A DNA stretch of 64,000 nucleotides from the human T2T-CHM13v2.0 reference genome, Homo sapiens. The notes beneath the pieces are model-generated. The model did no database searches. It saw only the letters and a list, made by a program, of their open reading frames with translations, and was not told the origin of the DNA. Of this stretch, positions 49,411-60,921 are shown one piece after another (the first letter of the stretch is position 1; each line of letters starts with the position of its first letter). The stretch lies in assembly GCA_009914755.4 (NCBI GenBank), contig CP086569.2, positions 20,096,001-20,160,000 on the forward strand, given 5' to 3'. The translations under genes and the position numbers were made by a program.

Positions 49411-50793
49411 AAAGTCACCGATTTTAAATATTGCATGTTATACATTTATAATGATATTTAATCATTGAATGTAAGAAGTGTGAACAGAGAGAATGAAAGG
49501 AAGGTTCTGTTATTAAGATAGGAGGAATTTTACAGAGCTCTTTGGCTAACAGAAGAATTTTTAAAAATCATTTGAAACAATCACATTAGGCAGGAACATC
49601 ACCAGTTATGGAGTAAAGGTTTGTGAGTTCTAAAAACATAATGTTTTGGGAGGAAAAGTGGACACACTAAACTGGGGCAAATTCATCTGAAAACATGACA
49701 TTTTATTATTTTTCCTTCTCTGAAATTTCCTCTCAAGTGAGAGCCTCTAAACAAACCACACATTCATTTTGAGAATATATTTTAAAAGTTTCAGCACCAC
49801 CGCTTCACCAGCTACCACCACACCCCCAGGCAGAAGTACCTAGCGATAAATAAAATATTTAATCTTTTCTGTTGTTTATTGCAGAAATGAGTCAGAAACA
49901 ATGAACTCCTACATAAAGATCAAAATGTGCTTCTCCTTTCCTGCCTTCAAGTTCCCTCTCCTGTCAAAGACTCCATCAAGTTTTTCTGCTGCTATGGAAG
50001 TATTCAGCTCTTTCATCACAGGCCTGAAGACCTAGAAAGGAAAGATGATTTTGTGAGCAAGGAGCAGGGTCCCACTGCTCTGTGAAGCCTCAGGACATGG
50101 CACCTTGCATTACAGCCACTCCTCCAGCTGTGGCTAAGAAGGGCCAAGTTACACCTTGGCCCATGGCTTCAGAGGGTGCAGGCCTCAAGCCTTGGAAGCA
50201 CACATATGGTGTTGGGTCCGTTGGTGCACAGATTGCAAGAATTGAGGTTAGGGAACCTCCACCTAGATTTCAGAGGATATATGAAGAATGCTGAATGTCC
50301 AGGCGGAAGACTACTGAAGGGTCAGAATTCTCATTGAGAACCTTTACTAGGGCAGTGAAGAGGAGAAATGTGAGCTTAGAGTCCCCCACAGGATCTCCAC
50401 TAGGACACTGTTTAGTGGTGCTGTAAGAAGAAGACCACCATCTTCCAGACCCCAGAATGGTAGATCCAATGTTTGCAGAATGGTAGATATGTTTGCCTAA
50501 ACCATATGCTGGAAAAGCCACAGACACTCAACACCAGCCCTTGAAAACAGTCACAAAATCTTCAGAGCCACATTGATGGAGCTGTCCAAGACCTCAGGAA
50601 CTCACCCCGTTGTGTAAGTATGCCCTGAATGTAAGACAGGAGTCAAAGGAGATTGTTTAGGAAATTATAAATGTAATTGCTGTCCTGCTGGGTTTTGGAC
50701 TTTCATGGAGCCTGCAGCTCCTTTGTTTTGGTCACTTTTTTTCTTTCTGGAATGAGAGCATTTATCCAATACTCATACTCCCATTGTATACTC

Positions 50794-50795
<2 letters not shown>

Positions 50796-50832
<37 letters not shown>
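50796..50832. repeat. Pure (T)37 homopolymer
   Basis: Uninterrupted T run. No Alu body adjacent. Confidence 0.95.
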
Positions 50833-50837
<5 letters not shown>

Positions 50838-51002
50838 ACAGGCTCATAGGTGAAAGGGACTTGCTTTGTCTCAGTGAGCCTTTTGATGTAGACTTTTGAG
50901 GTAATACTGAGGTGACTTAAAACTCTGTGAAATGATTGGGAATGTGTTACTGTGTTTTAAAATGTGAAAAGGACATGTGATTTGGGAGAGGCCAGGTGCA
51001 GA

Positions 51003-51488
51003 ATGGTATGCTTTGGCTGTTTGTCCCCACCCCAATCCAATGAAAAATTGTAATTCCCAGTGTTGGTGTGGGGGTGCTCATGGGAGGTGATTGAACTGTG
51101 GGAGTGGACTTTCCCCTTGCTGTTATTGTGATAGAGTTCTCAGAAGACCATGGGAGGTGACTGAATTGTGGGGGTGGACTTCCCAGTTGCTATAATTATG
51201 ACAGAGTTCCCAGGAGATCTGTTTGTTTGAAAGTGTAACACTTCCTCTGTCACTTGTGCATGCTCTCTCTCTTTCTCATTGTCTCTTTCTTTTGCTCTTT
51301 TTCCTCCTGGCAATGGGAAGATATTTTTGCTTTCCCTTCACCATTGGCCATAATTGTATGTTTCCTGATGCCTTGCCAGACCTACCTTTTATATAGTTTG
51401 TGGAACTATGAGTCAATTAAATTTTCACTTCATCAATTACACAGTCTCAAGTAGTTCTGTATAACAACGGGAGAATGAACTAATACAA
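51003..51488 (+). mobile_element. MaLR LTR (THE1/MST-type) with an internal 69 bp tandem duplication (51079-51147 and 51148-51216)
   Basis: TGGTATGCTTTGGCTGTTTGTCCCCACCCCAATCCAATGAAAAATTGTAATTCCCAGTGTTGGTGTGGGGGTGCTCATGGGAGGTGATTGAACTGTGGGAGTGGACTTTCCCC...TGGAACTATGAGTCAATTAAATTTTCACTTCATCAATTACACAGTCTCAAGTAGTTCTGTATAACAACGGGAGAATGAACTAATACAAA. Compare the remembered THE1B consensus TGATATGGTTTGGCTGTGTCCCCACCCAAATCTCATCTTGAATTGTAGCTCCCATAATTCCCACGTGTTGTGGGAGGGACC...GGAACTGTGAGTCCATTAAACCTCTTTCCTTTATAAATTACCCAGTCTCGGGTATGTCTTTATTAGCAGCGTGAGAACGGACTAATACA. Confidence 0.75.
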
Positions 51489-51605
51489 AATGTCACACTC
51501 ATCTGCCCCTATCAAAATCAAGTACAGGAAGCCTTGTGTGCCCTCCCTTTGAAAGACAGGCTGAATTCTACTTTCATCACTGTATCTTGGAGTCCTTATT
51601 CATGA

Positions 51606-51950
51606 CTAATATGGTCAGGCTTATCTTAAATTGTAATCCCCAGGTGTTGTGAAAGAGACCTGGTGGAAGGTAATTCAATTATGAGAGCAGTTTTTTCCAT
51701 GCTGTTCTTTTGATGGTGAGTTTTCATGAGATCTGATGGTTTTACAAGGAGCACTTCCCTCTTTTTTACCTTTACTCTCTCTGTCACCTGCCACTATGTA
51801 AGACATACCTGCTTTCCCTTCAGCTATGGTTGTAAATTTCCTTAAGATCCCCTGTCCATGAGAAAATTTGAGTAAATTAAACCTTTTTTTCTTGATAAAT
51901 TACCCAGGCTCAGGCAATTCTTTACAGTAGTGTGGGAACAGACTAATACA
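51606..51950 (+). mobile_element. Second, more diverged MaLR LTR (MST-like) immediately downstream in the same orientation. 51489-51605 may be residual internal sequence.
   Basis: TAATATGGTCAGGCTTATCTTAAATTGTAATCCCCAGGTGTTGTGAAAGAGACCTGGTGGAAGGTAATTCAATTATGAGAGCAG...GAGATCTGATGGTTTTACAAGGAGCACTTCCC...CTGCCACTATGTAAGACATACCTGCTTTCCC...GATAAATTACCCAGGCTCAGGCAATTCTTTACAGTAGTGTGGGAACAGACTAATACAGCAA. Confidence 0.65.
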
Positions 51951-51983
51951 GCAACCCAGATCTCACATTAGAATTACAAAGGG

Positions 51984-52285
51984 CAGGCCAGGTGTGCTGG
52001 CCCATGCCTGTAATTTTAGCACTTTGGGAGGCCTAGGAAGGTATATTGCCTGAGTTCAGGAGTTCATGATCAGCCTGGGCAACATTATGAAACCCCATCT
52101 CTATGAAAATACAAAAAATTAGCCAGGCTTGGTGACATGCACCTATAATCCCAGCTACTCAGGAGGCTGAGAGAGGAGAAATGCTTGAACCCAGGATGTA
52201 GAGGATGCAGTAAACTGAGATTTCACCACTGCACTCCAGCCTGGGTGACAGACTGAGATTGTGTCTCCAAAACAACAACATTAAA
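51984..52285 (+). mobile_element. Alu SINE
   Basis: GGCCAGGTGTGCTGGCCCATGCCTGTAATTTTAGCACTTTGGGAGGCCTAGGAAGG...CACTGCACTCCAGCCTGGGTGACAGACTGAGATTGTGTCTCCAAAACAACAACA. Confidence 0.9.
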
Positions 52286-54323
52286 AGAATCACAGGAGAC
52301 ATTTAATTAAGCAGCATGGATGCTCCCATCCAGGGTAGAGTACATAGTTGATGGTATTTATTTAAACTGACCGTGTGTTTCTTACAGAGAGACTGGGCTG
52401 AAAACCACTTAGCTAAGCACTGTCTCTGAAGCTCTAATGTACATTTGAATTATATGATGTAGGCCCCATTCTAAATACTGTGATCCTACAAGTTTGAAGT
52501 GAGTTTATGAGTTAGTTTATGCTGCTCTCCTCACCCCATTATCAGCAGCACTCAGGCAGTGAAAAGAGATACAGTACGCAGTCCATTAACCTAACACTCT
52601 TATCACAACTCAGATACTTATGATCAAAACTGAAGACCACCAATCACGAGCCAGAAACATGACATTCTCTGGTAGCCCTATAAAGTTTACAGAGGTTAGA
52701 GAAGACAGCAATGTGTGAATAAGTCTGCTTTTGAAAAAGGATATATGCACAGACATTAATGCAATTTTTACTGAGAATGTGCTATGTGCTCAGGAGTATG
52801 TTGCAAAGCACTGTGCTTGGAACTGTACATTATATGGACTAATTTTCATAACACCCTGGGAGGTTGTTATTCAGTGTAACATATTTCCCACAAATAAAAT
52901 AGAAAGCCTCTTCTTTCTGTTTCTTTTTCTATGTCGCTAACTTTATTTTCAAGAAGATAACACATAGAATAAAATATAATACAGACAGGTGTGAGGAATA
53001 AAGAAATAATTAAGTGTAGTTCAAAGGAAATTATTATTGTTTTAATTATATTTACATTTTTCTGACTTGTGTGGCAACTAGCAAATCCCTGGGAGTGGAG
53101 AGTAGGTTGCTGGGTGCCATGTCTCTAGAAAGACTTGTATTAATAAAGACAAATCAAGAACAAAATACAGTCTTGCTTCCATTTATTTACATTACCTTCA
53201 AAAATTAGGAGTAGCAGCTCTGGAGTTGCAGCAGGAGCATCCACCTCACTCTCTAATCTCCTTTAATCAATTCTATGAGTGGAAAATTTCAAGGTGGTAC
53301 AATACCTTGATAAGGCCTCAGAATAGGCTAGATCTAAGCAAGGAGAGGGCAGGGAGGGAGCCCTAAAGTTATTATGTCTGTGTTGCAGGGTAATTACAGG
53401 TCTTTGTTTTCTAAGCCCGACCATCAGATCTCATAAAAACTCACTCACTATCACAAGAAAAACATGGAAAAGACTGCCCACATAATCCAATTACCTTCCA
53501 CCAGATTTCTCTCACAACACCTAGGGATTACAGTTTAAGTTTGTATAATTGTAATTCATTTTCGTCATTTTCCTGTCCATTTGATAATATACAGCAACAG
53601 GCAATTTAACCAAATTATGGTTTTTTAGAACATTTCCATTAGAAGCTAAAAATGTATTCTTAGTAAGGTAAAGACAGTATAAATAATACTAACAATAACA
53701 ACTTTTCTGCTTCTGATGGTGGCAATGAGAACTCCCAATAATATAAAGAAATTGGCTCAAATAAAGCCTAAGTTTTCTCTAGATTTTTCTTCTCATTCCT
53801 GACAACATCATGCCAAATTTAACAATTTATCCACTTGTTCTAGACTGAAAGTTTCTGAATTATAGGAAGCATGACTTCCTTGTATGTTTTCTAATGCTCA
53901 TATTAAATGGAAGCAATTGATTTATTAATTTACATCTTTATACCTACTTCTTCATTTTCAAGAAGGTCCCAGAAATTCCAACTGGGTATCAACCAATGAG
54001 ATTCCGTCCAAGAAGGGAAAAACAAACCCTGCATGACTCATTCCTCTTTGTTTAAAATGGAAGCAGAATTAGACCATGTTGTTAGTCTGACAACAATCTG
54101 CAATGGATGTCCCAAATAGCTCAAAGACTCCCTTGTACTAGTGCAAAAGTCTCCAGTGAGCCTGGGCTGAAGCCTCCATGGTGATCTAGGAAGAATAGAT
54201 TCAAGTTAACTCTGCAGGGTTAAAGTAAATAATAAATCTAACTTTGTGGAACTGTAGATTCTGGATTCAGGTGCGGTATTGTTGGTCACTGATCAGCTAA
54301 CTCTAGTTTAAAAGGAAGAACAA

Positions 54324-54712
54324 GGCCAGGCTTGGTTGCTCACATCTGTAATCCCAGCACTTTGGGAGTCTGAGGTGGGTGAATCACGAAGTCAGGAGTT
54401 CGAGACCAGCCTGGCCAACATGGTGAAAAACCTTCTCTTCTAAAAATGCAAAAAAAAAAAAAAATAAAAAAATAACTGTGTGTCATGTTGGGTGCCTATA
54501 ATCCCAGCTACCTGGGAGGCTGAAGCAGAATTGCTTGAACCCAGGAGGTGAAATTTTTGGTAAGCTGATATTGTGCCATTGCATTCCAGCCTGGGTAACA
54601 GGAGTGAATCTCCATCTGAAAGGAAGGAAGGAAGGGAGGAAGGAAGAAGTGAAGGAAGGAAGGAAGGAAAGAAGGAAGGAAGGAAGGAAGGAAGGAAGGA
54701 AGGGAAAGAAGG
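54324..54712 (+). mobile_element. Alu SINE (54324-54618) whose tail has expanded into a (GGAA)n microsatellite (54619-54712, about 22 units with interruptions)
   Basis: GGCCAGGCTTGGTTGCTCACATCTGTAATCCCAGCACTTTGGGAGTCTGAGGTGGG...CATTCCAGCCTGGGTAACAGGAGTGAATCTCCATCTGAAAGGAAGGAAGGAAGGGAGGAAGGAAGAAGTGAAGGAAGGAAGGAAGGAAAGAAGGAAGG... It explains ORFs 54535..54750 and 54573..54767 (KEGRKEGRKEG). Confidence 0.9.
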
Positions 54713-55573
54713 AAAAATATCCCAGCAGCACAGTTTTCAGCTGTTTTTAGCTGTGGTCATGGGGTAGTTTTTGGCTGGGTTTAGCTGTGGTCATGGCTCA
54801 GGATATTGTGTGACCATGACTTCTCATAGCTAAGGTGATTGTTTTCACTTACAAATTCCACCCCCAGATTCTGTACACACTAGGAACCTCTCATAGAACT
54901 ATCTCTAACAGATCACTGAACAAGATCATGGGAGCTTAAAAGAACTTACTCTGATAAAAGATCATTAAGATTTCTGTGTTCACTCAGTCTTTTTCTTTTT
55001 AAGCCCCAGTAGGTTTTCTGTATATTCTCAATCTAAAGTCTTGACTTTTCTTGTGATTTTCATGTGAAGGCCAGAAATTGTGTACAAAATTTAGGTGGAA
55101 TCTACCTGGATCTGCATTCTTTAGGTTATAGCAAGTGGAGTAAAACCAGAGGAAAGAGACCCTAATGGAGGTTACTCTAAAACATTCGAAGGAATACGTC
55201 AACCTGTAAAAAATGAGATGAGATGAAAGTAATATGAGTAGAAAGTTTATGTGGGCCAAGCTTAAGAATTATAACATGAGAGCATAGATTTAAATTGTCC
55301 TAAATATACCCTTTAGTGATAGTTACAAGTGGATTCTTAAAGGCAAATATGAAGGACAAGTTATGGGTTCACAAAACATTGTTGGTCAAAATTTTTATTG
55401 GCCTACAGAAATAACATTTATTAGTAATTGGCTATATATGGTGTAGGCTATGACATCCCCTATGGTATTATGGCATCAGGTAGTTTAAAATGTAGCTCCT
55501 CCTGGCAGAAGCTAGCTGTTTCAACAAATGAATACATAGTTCAAAAAAGGAATTAAGACATGATTACAAGAAG

Positions 55574-58077
55574 GCTGGCAAGATAGCCAAATAGAAACAG
55601 ATCCGGTCTGCAGCTCCTGGCAAAACAAGCACAGACGGTGGGTGACTTCTGCATTTCCAACTGAGGTATGCAGTTCATCTCACTAGAACTTGTTAGACAG
55701 TGAGTGCAGCCCACAGAGGGTGAGCAGAAGCAGGGTGGGGAGTCCCCTAACAGGGGAAATGCAAGGGGCCAGCCCAGATACTACACTTTTCCCATAGTCT
55801 TCACAACCCACAGACCAGGAGATTCCCTTGCATGCCTATACCACCAGGGCCCTGGGATTCAGACACAAAACTGGGCAGCTGTTTAGGCAGACATTGAGCT
55901 AGCTGCAGTTTTTTTTTTTCCCCATACTCTACTGGCACCTGGAATGCCAGTGAGACAGAACCATTCACTTCTTTGGAAAGGGGGCCGAAGCCTGGGAGCC
56001 AAGTGGTCTTGCTCAGTGGATCCCACCCCCACGGAGCCCAGCAAGCTAAGATCCACTGGCTTGAAATTCTCGCTGCCAGCCCAGAAGTCTGAAGATAACC
56101 TGTGATGCTCAAGCTTAAATTGGGAGAAGGGTGTCCACCATAAATGAGGCTTGAGTAGGCAGTTTTTCCATCACAGTGTAAATTAAGCCACGAGGAAGTT
56201 CAAACTGGACAGGGCCCACCACAGTGTAGCAAAGCTATTGTAGCCTGAAAGCCTCTCTAGATTCCTATTCTCTAAGCAGGGCATCCCTGAAAGAAAGACA
56301 GAAGCCCCAGTCAGGGGATTATAGATAAAGCATACATCTCACTGGGATGGAGCACCTGAGGGAAGGGGCAGATCTCCCAACACAAGGGCTTAAGCTCTGC
56401 TAAGGGACAGGCTGTCTCCTCAAATGGATCTCTGACCCCTATGCCTCCTGACTGGGAGATAGAGCCCAGTTGGGGTTGACAGACACCTCATACAGGAGAG
56501 CTCTGGTTGGCATCTGGCAGGTGCCTCTCTGAGATGAAGCTTCCATAGGAAGGAGCAGGCAGCAATTGTTGCTATTCTGCAGCCTCTGCTGGTGATACCC
56601 AGGCCAACAGTGTCTGGAGTGGACCTCTGGCAAACTCCAGCAGACCTGCAGGACAAGGGCCTGTTAGAAGAGAACTAAAAAACAGAAAGCAATAACTTCA
56701 ACATCAACCAAAAAAATGCCCATGCAAAAGCCCCATTCTAAGGTCACAAACATCAAAGGTAGATAAATCCACAAAGATGAGAAAAAAAGAAGAGCAAAAA
56801 TGCCAAAAATTCCAAAAACTGGAATGCCTATTGTCCTCCAAAGGATCACAACTCATTGCCAGGAAGGGAACAAAACAGGATAGAGAATGAGTTTGACAAG
56901 CTTATAGAAGTAGACTTCAGAAGGTGGATAATAACAAACTCCTCCAAGCTAAAGGATCATGTTCTAACGCAATGCAAGGAAGCAAAGAACCTGGATAGAA
57001 GGTTACAGAAAGTGCTAACTAGAATAACCAGTTTAGAGAAGAATATAAATGACCTGATAGAGCTGAAAAACACAGCACGAGAACTTTGTGAAGCATACAC
57101 AAGTATCAATACCTGAATTGATCAAATAGAAGAAAGAATATCAGAGATTGAAGATCAACTTGGTGAAATAAAGCATGAAGTCAAGATTAGAGAGAAAAAA
57201 ATAATGAAAGGGAAAAAACAAAGCCTCCAAGAAATATGGGACTATGTGAAAAGGCCAAATCTATGTTTGATTGTTATACCTGAAAGTGATGGGATAATGG
57301 AACCAAGTTGGAATACACACTTAAGGATATTATCCAGGAGAAATTTCCCCTTCCAGCAAGGCAGGCTAACATCCAAATTCAATAAATACAGAGAACACCA
57401 CAAAGATAGTCACTGAGAACACCAACCCCAAGACATATAATCATCAGATTTACCAAGGTTGAAATGAGGGAAAAAATGTTAAGGGCAGCCAGAGAGAAAG
57501 GTCAGGTTATTCAGAAAGAGAAGCCCATCATACTAACAGATCAGAGATCTCTCTGCAGAAACCCTACAAGCCAGAAGAGAGTAGGGGCCAATATTCAACA
57601 TTCTTAAAGGAAAGAATTTTCAACCCAGAATTTCATATCCACCCAAACTAATCACCATAAGTGAAGGAGAAATAAAATCCTCTACAGACAAGCAAATGCT
57701 GAGGAATTTCATCACCACTGGACCTGTCTTATAAGAGCTCCTGAAGAAAGCACTAAATATGGAAAGGAAAACAGGTACCAGGCACTGCAACAACATACCA
57801 AACTGTAATGACCATTGACACTATGAAGAAACTGCATTAACTAATGTGCAAAATAACCAGCTAACATTGTAATGACAGAACAAAATTTACACATAATAAT
57901 ATTAACTTTAAATATAAATGGGATAAATACCCCAGTTAAGAGACACAAGATGGCAAATTGGATAAAGAGTCAAGAACCATCAGTGTGCTGTATTCAGTAG
58001 ACCCACCTCATGGACAAAGAAAAATATAGTCTCCAAATAAAGGGATGGAGGAATATTTACCAAGCAAATGGAAAGCC

Positions 58078-58108
<31 letters not shown>

Positions 58109-59030
58109 TAAGGATTGCAATCCTAGTCTCTGACAAGACAGACTTTAAACCAACAAAGATTTAAAAAACACAAAGAAAGGCATTACATAATGATGAAGGG
58201 ATCAATGCAAAAAGAAGGGTTAACTATTTTAAATATAAGTGCACCCAATAAAAGAGCACACAGATTCATAAAGCAAGTTCTTAGAGATCTACAAAGAGAT
58301 GTAGACTCCCACACAATAATAGTGAGAGACTGTAATACCCCACCCACCCCACTGTCAGTATTAGACAGAGCAGCAAAACAGAAAATTAACAAATATATTC
58401 AGGACTCGAACTCAGCTCTGGACCAAGCAGACCTAATAGACATATACAGAACTCTCCAGCCCAAATCAACAGAATATATATCCTCAGCACCACATAGCAT
58501 TTTTTCTAAAATTGACCACATAATTGAAAGTAAAACACTCCTCAGAAAATGAAAAAGAATGGAGATCATGTATATTTATATCATATGTTTATATCATCAC
58601 GTATATTTATTGCAGCACTATTCACAAAAGCAAAGACTTGGAACCAACCCAACTGTCCATCAATGACAGACTGGATAAAGAAAATGTGGCACATATATAC
58701 CATGGAATACTAAGCGGCCATAAAAAAGAACGAGTTTATATCCTTTGCAGAGACATAGATGAAGCTGGAAACTATCATTCTTAGCAAACTAACACAGTAA
58801 GAGAAAAACAACCATACATGTTCTCACTCACAAATGGGAGTTGAACAACGAGAACACATGGACAGAGAGTGAGGGCCAGGGGGAGGGATAGCGTTAGGAG
58901 AAATACCTAATGTAGATGATGGGTTGATGGGTACAACATACCACCATTGGACATGTATATCTATGTAACAAACCTGCAAGTTCTGCACATGTATCCCAGA
59001 ACTTAAAGTATAATGAAAAAAAAAGGACAT
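55574..59030 (+). mobile_element. L1 (older L1PA/L1PB-type 5'UTR) with 5'UTR, ORF1 and ORF2 N-terminus, then an internal deletion of about 2.9 kb (junction about 58550) joining to the ORF2 C-terminus/3'UTR and poly-A
   Basis: GGCAAGATAGCCAAATAGAAACAGATCCGGTCTGCAGCTCC... (5'UTR). ORFs 56856..57116 and 57204..57416 translate to ORF1p (coiled-coil region, then EIWDYVKRPNLCLIVIPESDG). ORF 58190..58552 translates to the ORF2p endonuclease domain (LTILNISAPNKRAHRFIKQVLRDLQRDVDSHTIIVRDCNTPPTPLSVLDRAAKQKINKYIQDSNSALDQADLIDIYRTLQPKSTEYISSAPH...). After 58550 the sequence reads ORF2 C-terminus ...LFTKAKTWNQPNCPSMTDWIKKMWHIYTMEY..., then ...CAAGTTCTGCACATGTATCCCAGAACTTAAAGTATAATGAAAAAAAAA. There is an internal (A)29 at 58078-58106. 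Confidence 0.9.
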
Positions 59031-60332
59031 GATTAGCATCTCATTCAATGTCTCCTTAAGCTTGATAAATAACGTCACTTGCATATCTCAGATAAAAGTT
59101 TTTCTTTTGTTTTTCAAATACCAGAAACTTGATACATAATTTGAAGTTGCAGATTTAGGTATTCAAAGTGTGAGAATGCAGAGGTGTTCTCTAAACCTCT
59201 ATGGACATTATAGCTAAAGGAGGAGAATGTCATTAAAATTTTCAGATCTACTTAATGCACTTGTGTAAACCTGGATGAGTTTAAATGCTCTATGGTCCTT
59301 GAAACAGTTATAAGTGTAAAAATGCCAAGGGCATTGAAAGGGGAAAGCTGGTTGACTGCTGCCTCATTATTTATGGAGAAATCTGGTCTAACTGCTCTAG
59401 CAGACACAGTAACTCTCAAATAGGAAGAGACACTATTCTACTTGCAGAATTTAGAGACAGTTTGCATATTACTGCACAACTGTCAGTTATGACAGAATGC
59501 CTTAGAGGTAAACTGTCACTAGAGTAAAGCCTGGTAGGCATCTCATAGGTTTACATACTATCTGGTAATTCTGTACAATGTATAATTAAAATAAAAATTG
59601 TCCCCAACTCCCATAAAACCTCTTCCAAATGACAGAACAGAAAGAAAACTTATATTATATAATTAAACCTGCATGTGATTTAAATCATAGGTAATCTTCT
59701 AAAATATTGCAAAAACAGAAGGTTTCCCTAATTAGTCCTCAAGTAGAAAACTTGACAGCATCATCTGTCATACACTATTCATCAAAAAAATCATCAAGTG
59801 CTTGAGGAAACCATCTGTATTTGCGAATTGGCATATGTGAATAAAAAAGAATGTTGTCGCCATTTCTTTATGACTTGAAGTAGTTTTTCAAATTGCAGCC
59901 AGGAGACTGCTGAATTTGGCTTCTATGCTCTTACATAGACTGTGGGATGGGGCTCCAATATCTTTGCTATTTACTTTTCAAAGCAATGTTTCCAAGGTCC
60001 TGCAGGAAGATATTTCTGAGTTAAAAAAAAAAGAATTGTATATCTGTTAAAATTATTTACATATATGTCAAACAGACAGAGAATAAATTTACTTATAGAA
60101 GTTCTTTTTAAATTAAATGTTTTAAAAAATAAATCAAAATGTTTCTCTTATTTTTCAGTTGGAAATTTTTCTAATTTGTTTTTTATACTTCCAGTTCGTA
60201 CCTAATGCTTACAACAACTAGGTTCAGCAACTTGGTCTTAAATTCATGGGAATTTGAATTTTAAGAGTCCTGAGTTTAGGCAACTGAGAGGTGGACTCAG
60301 CCAGATTGTGGGCACATAAAAGAGCTTGTGAG

Positions 60333-60334
<2 letters not shown>

Positions 60335-60366
<32 letters not shown>
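60335..60366. repeat. Pure (A)32 homopolymer
   Basis: Uninterrupted A run preceded by unique sequence (GGCACATAAAAGAGCTTGTGAGGC). Confidence 0.95.
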
Positions 60367-60369
<3 letters not shown>

Positions 60370-60875
60370 CAGATGAGGGAAAGCTGCTATCTAGAACTGA
60401 TGTGTGAAAAAAATGCAGATTTGGTGGAAAAACTGCTGTGTGGTACAGATAGTGGAACAGATACTGTTATGCTCTGATTTGTTTGTGTCCATAAGAATGA
60501 GATTATAGTCAAGTGGTCCAGAAGCCAAAGTGGTAACAAAACCATGATGCTGTCCCTTAATCAGGGTCTGGGGGTAGGAATACACCAGGAGTTTCCTAAG
60601 CACCTATGTAGATTTTTGGTGGGAACCTCTGGGAGCAAATACATTGTGGGAGTAATTTCTGAACTTGAACATTTGTCTTGGGAGAAACACAGCCTCATCA
60701 TTACCTACAGCACATGAGCATACATGGGTGGAAATACCATGGTGGTAGCAGAAAGAAATGAGATGTCTGACCAGAGAAATCATTCTGTGTTCTAATAAAA
60801 AAGAAATGGCTCAAAGAAATCTAAGCTACGTGAGGTATATCTTAATGTAATCCTTGAAAAACAATTTTGAAATGA

Positions 60876-60877
<2 letters not shown>

Positions 60878-60916
<39 letters not shown>
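60878..60916. repeat. Pure (T)39 homopolymer
   Basis: Uninterrupted T run with no adjacent Alu body. It lies 510 bp from the (A)32 run on the same strand. Confidence 0.95.

Positions 60917-60921
<5 letters not shown>

Noticed and set aside
49410-50760. Region with ORFs 50082..50294(+) and 50270..50527(-) in non-repeat sequence as a possible exon
   Set aside because: Short, overlapping on opposite strands, no splice-site or codon-bias support visible, and no conservation information available. Cannot be supported as coding.
54535-54767. ORFs encoding KEGRKEGRKEG repeats
   Set aside because: Translation of the (GGAA)n microsatellite.
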